Under the pieces are notes generated by a model, which searched no databases, had not been told where the DNA came from, and saw nothing but the letters and a program-made list of their open reading frames with translations. The position numbers were made by a program, and so were the translations under genes. A stretch of 35,574 bases of DNA, taken from the NCBI GenBank assembly GCA_003990765.1, contig RBNJ01000246.1, positions 1 to 35,574 of the forward strand, written 5' to 3'. This stretch comes from Jimgerdemannia flammicorona (lineage: Eukaryota). Shown one piece after another: positions 29,947 through 35,574 of this stretch; position 1 is the first letter of the stretch, and every line of letters begins with the position of its first letter.

Positions 29947-32900
29947 ATGACCGACGCTCCTCCAGAACGAACGGAAAAGTAAGAGACGTAGGCTTGCCAA
30001 GTGCACATTAAGTTTTATTGTTCGACGATGAATTTCACCTTTCACAAACCTTGTGCTCGCTTTCTACTCTCCAACCCGAAAGCTTTCGAAACCATGCAAG
30101 CAGCTCCGCAGCACACGTCTCGCCTTCTGACATGGGCCCCGACGAAGAAAATAACCAAAGCCCACCGGCGGCTCACCTTGAGCACCTTTTTGATGACTTT
30201 AGGTAACTTGTGGTATTGTATCTATCATACTGTGTACTTCACAAGCTAACTGGCTATATTTTTAGCGAGGTCTTGTATAAGGTCCAAGAAGAGGAAGGCA
30301 GGGATATCCGAAGGTACGTCCCACAATATGACTCTTTAGTAATGTGCCCGCTTCTTGATCTTGCCCATGATGATTTGTTTTCTTTTATTTATTTATCCAC
30401 CGATTCTTCTCATACCAATTAGGCGCGCAAACTTTGACATGTCGCCAGGGTTGGTTTTTTCTCTGTGCTGCAAAGGCTGTGGAATATCCGTTTGTTAACT
30501 GGATATACTCTGGGCGGGGGGAAACGGCCCGTACATAGGTTAAGGGCGTGGAAAACTATGTCTCGCGTGTCGAGCAATGGCATTGTCAATCACTTGTAGC
30601 TTAATGCCTTAGCATGTTATTATGTTTCAGGTCAAGTTTATATCAGAAGAAGGCCAATACGCGACCCACGGATTCACATATCGCAATATTAGCTGAGAAT
30701 CGGTAAACATTGGCAATATACTATTGAAGCATCGTACTTTCACTGACATTACTCTCACGACGACAAATCTCAGCTCTGTACAAACCTCCAGCGACGAATT
30801 TGCCACGATATCCGAGAACACAACCCCCAATTCGACATTTTCTGGCTATTTCGAACCCGGAGAGTCTTCTACGAGCCCGGAACCTAAGCTCAAAGACAAA
30901 AAGTACCACGATGACTTAAACAATTCACTGGGCGGGTTCGCTCGGGTCCTTGATCCCAATTTCGAAGGATTCACTAAGACCCCAAAGCAACGGAGTTATT
31001 CGAAGAAGGGATATGGCAACCTTGGTAAGTCATGCGCGGTGGCAACCGATTTTCGAGCAGCCAGTATTTGAAGATTGTATTGACTAATCGGCTTTCCGGC
31101 ACCCCCCTTGCAGCTGTCAATACCATCGAAATTTTGAGGGAGGGACTGAAGAAGGACGCCGAAATCAATCGCCTGAAACCCCAAAACGACAACCTCAATA
31201 GGTCGAGGAGGTATGAGCCAAGGGGGCGCACAGCGTCTCTAGCGGGTATCGAAGTGGGCGAGGTTCATGTGAATAGCGCCAGGAACAGAATTGGAGGGGT
31301 AATCAGGAAGCTTCTGCACAAAAGGAGGCACGATAAGTTCGAACTGGAAGAGTGGCAGAGCGAGTGGGACGAGCTGATGGAGGCATTTATCGAGGTTGCC
31401 CCTACTCCGAGCAGGATGGAGGCAGTTATCGAGGTTGCCCCTACTCCGAGCAGGATGGAGGCAGTTATCGAGGTTGTCCCTACTCCGAGCGGGATGGAGG
31501 CATTTAACGAAGTTGCCCCTACTCCGAGCGGGATGGAGGAATTTATTGAGGTTGCCCCTACTCCGAATAGTAGCCGGATTCTCCGGGGCGACGTGGATGA
31601 ACAGAGTGTTGGCAACAACAATAATTTCAAGTAATTTCGGATTTCGTATCAATTGTTTTTGCATAAAAATGAAATCATTTTCCTAGTTTAAACTTTTTCT
31701 GCTCAGGAATGATCCGACATTTTCAAAGGCCAAGGCTGCCTTCTATAGCTGGTTGGAAAAGCAGCTCGAGGAAGAGAAGGAAGACGCAGAACTCATAGAA
31801 CTGCATATGCTTGGCAATTGCATCGCTGACATCATTGACAAGGATCAGCTGGTCATGCTTGTACCAATTCACCTGTTGGATGACATGAACTGGTATACGG
31901 ACGAGCTGGGCATCCGTTTGTACGTGAGGTGGCAACTAACTGAAGATCAACTCCAGAAGCTGAACGAGGTAATTAAGAACAAAGGCACGCTTTTCAAAGG
32001 CGTGGAGCAACTCATTGTTGTCGATGTTGCGGCGAGTGGGGTAGGTGGAGATAACGTTGATCCCTCGGACAGTAGTAATAGTGAGGGCCACGACGCTGAC
32101 GGCCATAATCGGAGTGTTGGACAAAGCGATGGCGAGAATCGCTTGTCACAAAGATCTGGAGCAGGTTCTGGGCAAAGTCCAGCCAAATCGTCACACAAAC
32201 ACGAACCGAACGAAGGCGGCAGTTCAAGTGCCGGAGTCGGAACCTTGGATCTAGATGGAGCAGTGGATGCAAATCGACCCAACACCAGCGGCAACAATGA
32301 CGAAGGTGTAGATGGTGGTGGGTTATCGAGGCCTGAGGCAAGCAGCTCTACCGAATCAGTGATTAGGAATTGGCGACATTTGCTCGGCTCCTTTTGCGAG
32401 TGTTTTCACTGTTGTTTCAGTGGGGTGTCGCGTGATCATCACATTATAGAGGCTGAAGAGAATTCACGACCTGGCTTTCATGCGGGTGACGATCCGACCA
32501 CTCAATACAACGAAGCAATGACACCCTCAATTCCACCAATATTCTCGAATCCCACGGATGAAACACCCCAGATCACTGTAACATCCTCAATTGGATCCCC
32601 CGATAGCACAAACGAGAGAACTGCTGCTGGTGGGCTACATAGTTCGACCGAAGAAAATAATACGCATTCAAATACTAGCACCAGTATGCCAAATATTATG
32701 AACCACAACAGGGAGACTAATGTCTCACAAGGAATCAACGCAGCCGGAGCTATATTTCAGTACTCAAATGTAAACGGTTAGTACAGGAAACATACGGCGC
32801 TTCTAATTCATTTGGTCAATGATGGCATTCTGACCAATTTATTTTATTTTTGCCAGTATTCAACGAAATTTGCCGGAGAGCTCCCACGCCTGAAAGATCA

Positions 32901-33665
32901 GAGGACACAAAATTCTTTGTGTCTGTCTATACTTCGACAATAGCGGTTCTCGAAGACAAGAAGCAGGAGTTTACGATCCAGTTTACTCTGAAGATCACAG
33001 TCTCTAAATCCTCCCACGAGTTCGAGTTGAGCAAAATCGTCTTGGCAGGAGGACTGGAACATTTGATCCCAAATGAACGCTATTATTTCAACAATCTCCT
33101 TATCGAGATCGCTCCTTGCAACGCCAAGACAAAATATGACCAAGTGCAGCCAGTGGACGAGAATCGGGGTAATTGGTTGACTTCTCTACGCACTACTAGT
33201 AATGCAATCAGATGGTGCCATAAAATAGATGATCCTGAAAAACAGGCTGGAGTTCTGAGATATAAGATCGAGACGCACCGTGTGAAGCACGAGTGGGAAC
33301 ATTTTGATCGTGAGCCGACAGAGTACTCAATTGACTTAAAAGTTGGGCTAACCTTCTCGAGGCATCGTTTTTATACAGGCGCGCGACTGCAAAATGACTA
33401 TGACCTTGTGAACTCGGTCTCCATACGAGTTAAGAACATCCGCGAGCACCACAAAGTAACGAAACCGCCAAGTGTACTTTTGTGCACGTGGGAACTCACC
33501 AAAGCCAAGTATGTTTCGCGAGGATTAAACTCGAGGGATACATCCGAAGCGGTTGTTTGTAGAGCTCATTTCGCTGAATGCGCCAAGTGCTGTACATTGG
33601 CGGCCGGTATCGGCACCATCAGGAAACCGCCTAAATTGCAGGACGACAAGTTGCCAGTACCTTAA
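29947..33665 (+). CDS. Uncharacterised ~981-aa protein: low-complexity N-terminus, 13-aa repeats, alpha/beta segment, G/S/D/N linker, amyloid-like motif, beta-rich C-terminal domain. Exons 29947-29978, 30083-30202, 30266-30313, 30423-30449, 30631-30702, 30774-31024, 31114-31630, 31707-32776, 32857-33665
   Basis: Eight GT-AG introns give one open frame (2946 nt). The last four exons are well supported by long ORFs. The five small 5' exons are less certain. Confidence 0.7.
31377..31570 (+). repeat. Coding minisatellite, 5 x 39 bp (MEAxIEVAPTPSR/G)
   Basis: Tandem copies of atggaggcagttatcgaggttgcccctactccgagcagg with few substitutions. Confidence 0.95.
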
Positions 33666-33769
33666 CAAACTAAAGATTTCAAAATTGTTATAATATATAT
33701 CCATTGTATTTATGAAGTAAAATAGCACACACATATTAAGAGAGCAAAGTTCTCATGTCAACTTTATGA

Positions 33770-34950
33770 CTTGATGAAATATTATATTATATTAAAGTGG
33801 ATATTCATATTATATATAAATTATTTTAAAAGTTTATTATTTTGTAATATAAAAGCAAAATAGTTTATATACTCTTTTGATACTTACTATATATTATTAT
33901 TATAATATTTAGAGTATTAAATAAGAATTTTAATTATAATTATAATATATATATTCCCTATATCATAGTATATAATTTTATATAATATATATAAATTTAA
34001 ATATAATAATTATAGATTAAAAAATAAGTTAAAAATGAATAATAATAATAATAATACTTATTTATAATTAGTGCTCAGAATGAATTGAATTGAATTAACA
34101 AATTAAGGTCTAATTTAATTCAAAGTCCAATTTAAATCCAATTTTTCAAAATATATATAAATTTGATAAATTTTAGCTGGTTAGATATATTATTATATAT
34201 TTTGAAGTTGGAATAAAAATTTCAAATTAAATCAGACCTCAATTTGATTTAAATCAAATTGAATCAGACCTTAAATCAATTCAAACTTAATTTGATTTAA
34301 ATCTAATTCAAATTAAAAACTTCCCAATTTAATTCAATTTGAATTGATTTAATTTGATTGAGAGTACTATTTATATAATTATATTTAAATATTTTATAAT
34401 AATACTAGTTTTTATAAGAAAATAAAACTAATTTTAAAAAAATAATTAAGAAATACTATAGATTTATATAGTTTTTGAAATATTTTAAAAAATATATATT
34501 CTGAGCTTTATTATATTAAATTTTTAAAAAAATAAGATCTAGAAGAATCTTAAAAATCAAAATAAATACTAAAATAATATTAAAATAATATTAAACTTAA
34601 AATAACTAAGAAAATTTGATAAGACTTTAGGTTTTTATAACTAATTAATATAAGATACTTAGTATTAGGAAAAGACAAAAGTATTTTAGCTATAGCTTAA
34701 TATTAAGAAAAGAGTTTTTAAGTATTTGAAAAGTATTAGAATATTGTAAAAATAACTAGAGAGAATTAAAAAAATAAAAATAAAAATAAAAAATAAAATA
34801 AAAGAGAGACTAACTAAATAAACTAGATTAAATATTATATCTCTCTCTTTAAAAAAGTAATATTTATATTAAATTTAAAAGATTATTCAAATTAATAAGA
34901 GAAAAATAAAAATTAATAAACTTTATCTATATATATACTACCCAATAGAA
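33770..34950. other. Extremely AT-rich decayed repeat region
   Basis: Almost only A/T, with no CpG seen and no long ORFs. Confidence 0.6.
34069..34369. mobile_element. Decayed MITE / non-autonomous DNA transposon (hAT-like), 301 bp
   Basis: Termini TAGTGCTC...GAGTACTA are inverted repeats with one C>T mismatch. Subterminal AATTG/AATTC words are reiterated. The flanks tttataat and tttatata share 6 of 8 nt. Confidence 0.55.
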
Positions 34951-34989
34951 GCCTATCCTACCTCTATATTACAGGACTCTAGTGGGCCT

Positions 34990-35574
34990 TCCTTTATTAC
35001 CACACTAATATAAACTAATATAATGAGTCTTTTCCATCATCTCTTATCAGAATCTCTATACTATAAGTACTTACTGTCTCTTAAGCTAAACATAGACAAT
35101 AAGTTATCAGAGAATTCTCTAGAGAAGAATCTTACCTCCCAGACTCTTTATATTAAAAGCACCTATCCTCTACTCTATAGCTCAACAGCCCTCTTCAATT
35201 ACTAAGTCTTAAGATAGTATAACTACTTTAATAAGTCCACCAGATGTCCACTAGAGTTACCAAGATCTCTCAACTTATCTGGCTCCTCCTTCTAGCCCAA
35301 ATTCAATCCTTAGCCATCCTCAGCAATACCTTTATTACTTATACTAGAAAGTCCAAATAGTATATCAGATATCAGAGCTTTGACAATCAATAGATATTCA
35401 GGATTGATATCTACTCAGTAAGAGAAATATAGTATCTCTCCTAACTCTAAAGAATAGTCTTCCATTTTATCAACTTCTTACCAAGCTTTAGGCAAGATAG
35501 ATTTATATACTGATAGAAATATGCTCAGATATATCATATAGTCTCTTCTGCAGAGATAATTGTTCCAATTTTTT
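34990..35574 (-). mobile_element. Decayed non-LTR (LINE, L1/Tx1-like) ORF2 fragment downstream of the RT
   Basis: Read through its stops, the minus strand gives EETI*YI*AYF...KKLIKWKTIL*S*ERYYI...SKL*Y...IWARRRSQIS*EILVT...GGL. This matches the YLG / W / LSxxGR / SxLWY / W...P...GGL order found after LINE RT domains. Confidence 0.55.

Noticed and set aside
31377..31570. CRISPR-like array (also considered for the 102-bp and 126-bp repeats)
   Set aside because: The units are contiguous with no unique spacers, their lengths are multiples of 3, and they lie in coding frames of eukaryotic genes.
29947..33665. Gasdermin or HeLo/MLKL-like effector next to the CHAT-NLR
   Set aside because: I could not recognise gasdermin or HeLo sequence features in any ORF. 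The effector identity remains open.
35023..35205. 60-aa plus-strand ORF
   Set aside because: A chance ORF antisense to the decayed LINE fragment.

Overview
Eukaryotic DNA with short GT-AG introns and CTAAC/CTGAC-type branch points, almost certainly fungal. The gene content (TKL kinase, Sel1, ankyrin and TPR NLR-like genes) suggests Mucoromycota; that placement is inference. 1-5847 is a decayed chromodomain Ty3/gypsy LTR retrotransposon with a dUTPase between the Gag zinc knuckle and the protease. The centre is a cluster of four large genes that look immunity-related: (i) a spliced ~2228-aa minus-strand NLR-like gene (CHAT protease, NB-ARC, degenerate GTPase-like domain, second NB-ARC, Sel1, ankyrin array, TPR remnant, acidic tail); (ii) a divergent 13-exon sacsin-like GHKL ATPase/DUF3684-type gene ending in a HEXXH motif; (iii) an intronless NB-ARC-TPR-kinase gene with an N-terminal amyloid-like motif; (iv) a 9-exon unknown gene with a similar motif just before a beta-rich C-terminal domain. 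These genes share pieces of sequence, and three chimeric or partial pseudogene copies lie between them. AT-rich, CpG-depleted transposon relics (MITE, LINE) flank the cluster. All exon models were built by hand from splice consensus and reading frame. No database searches were run.
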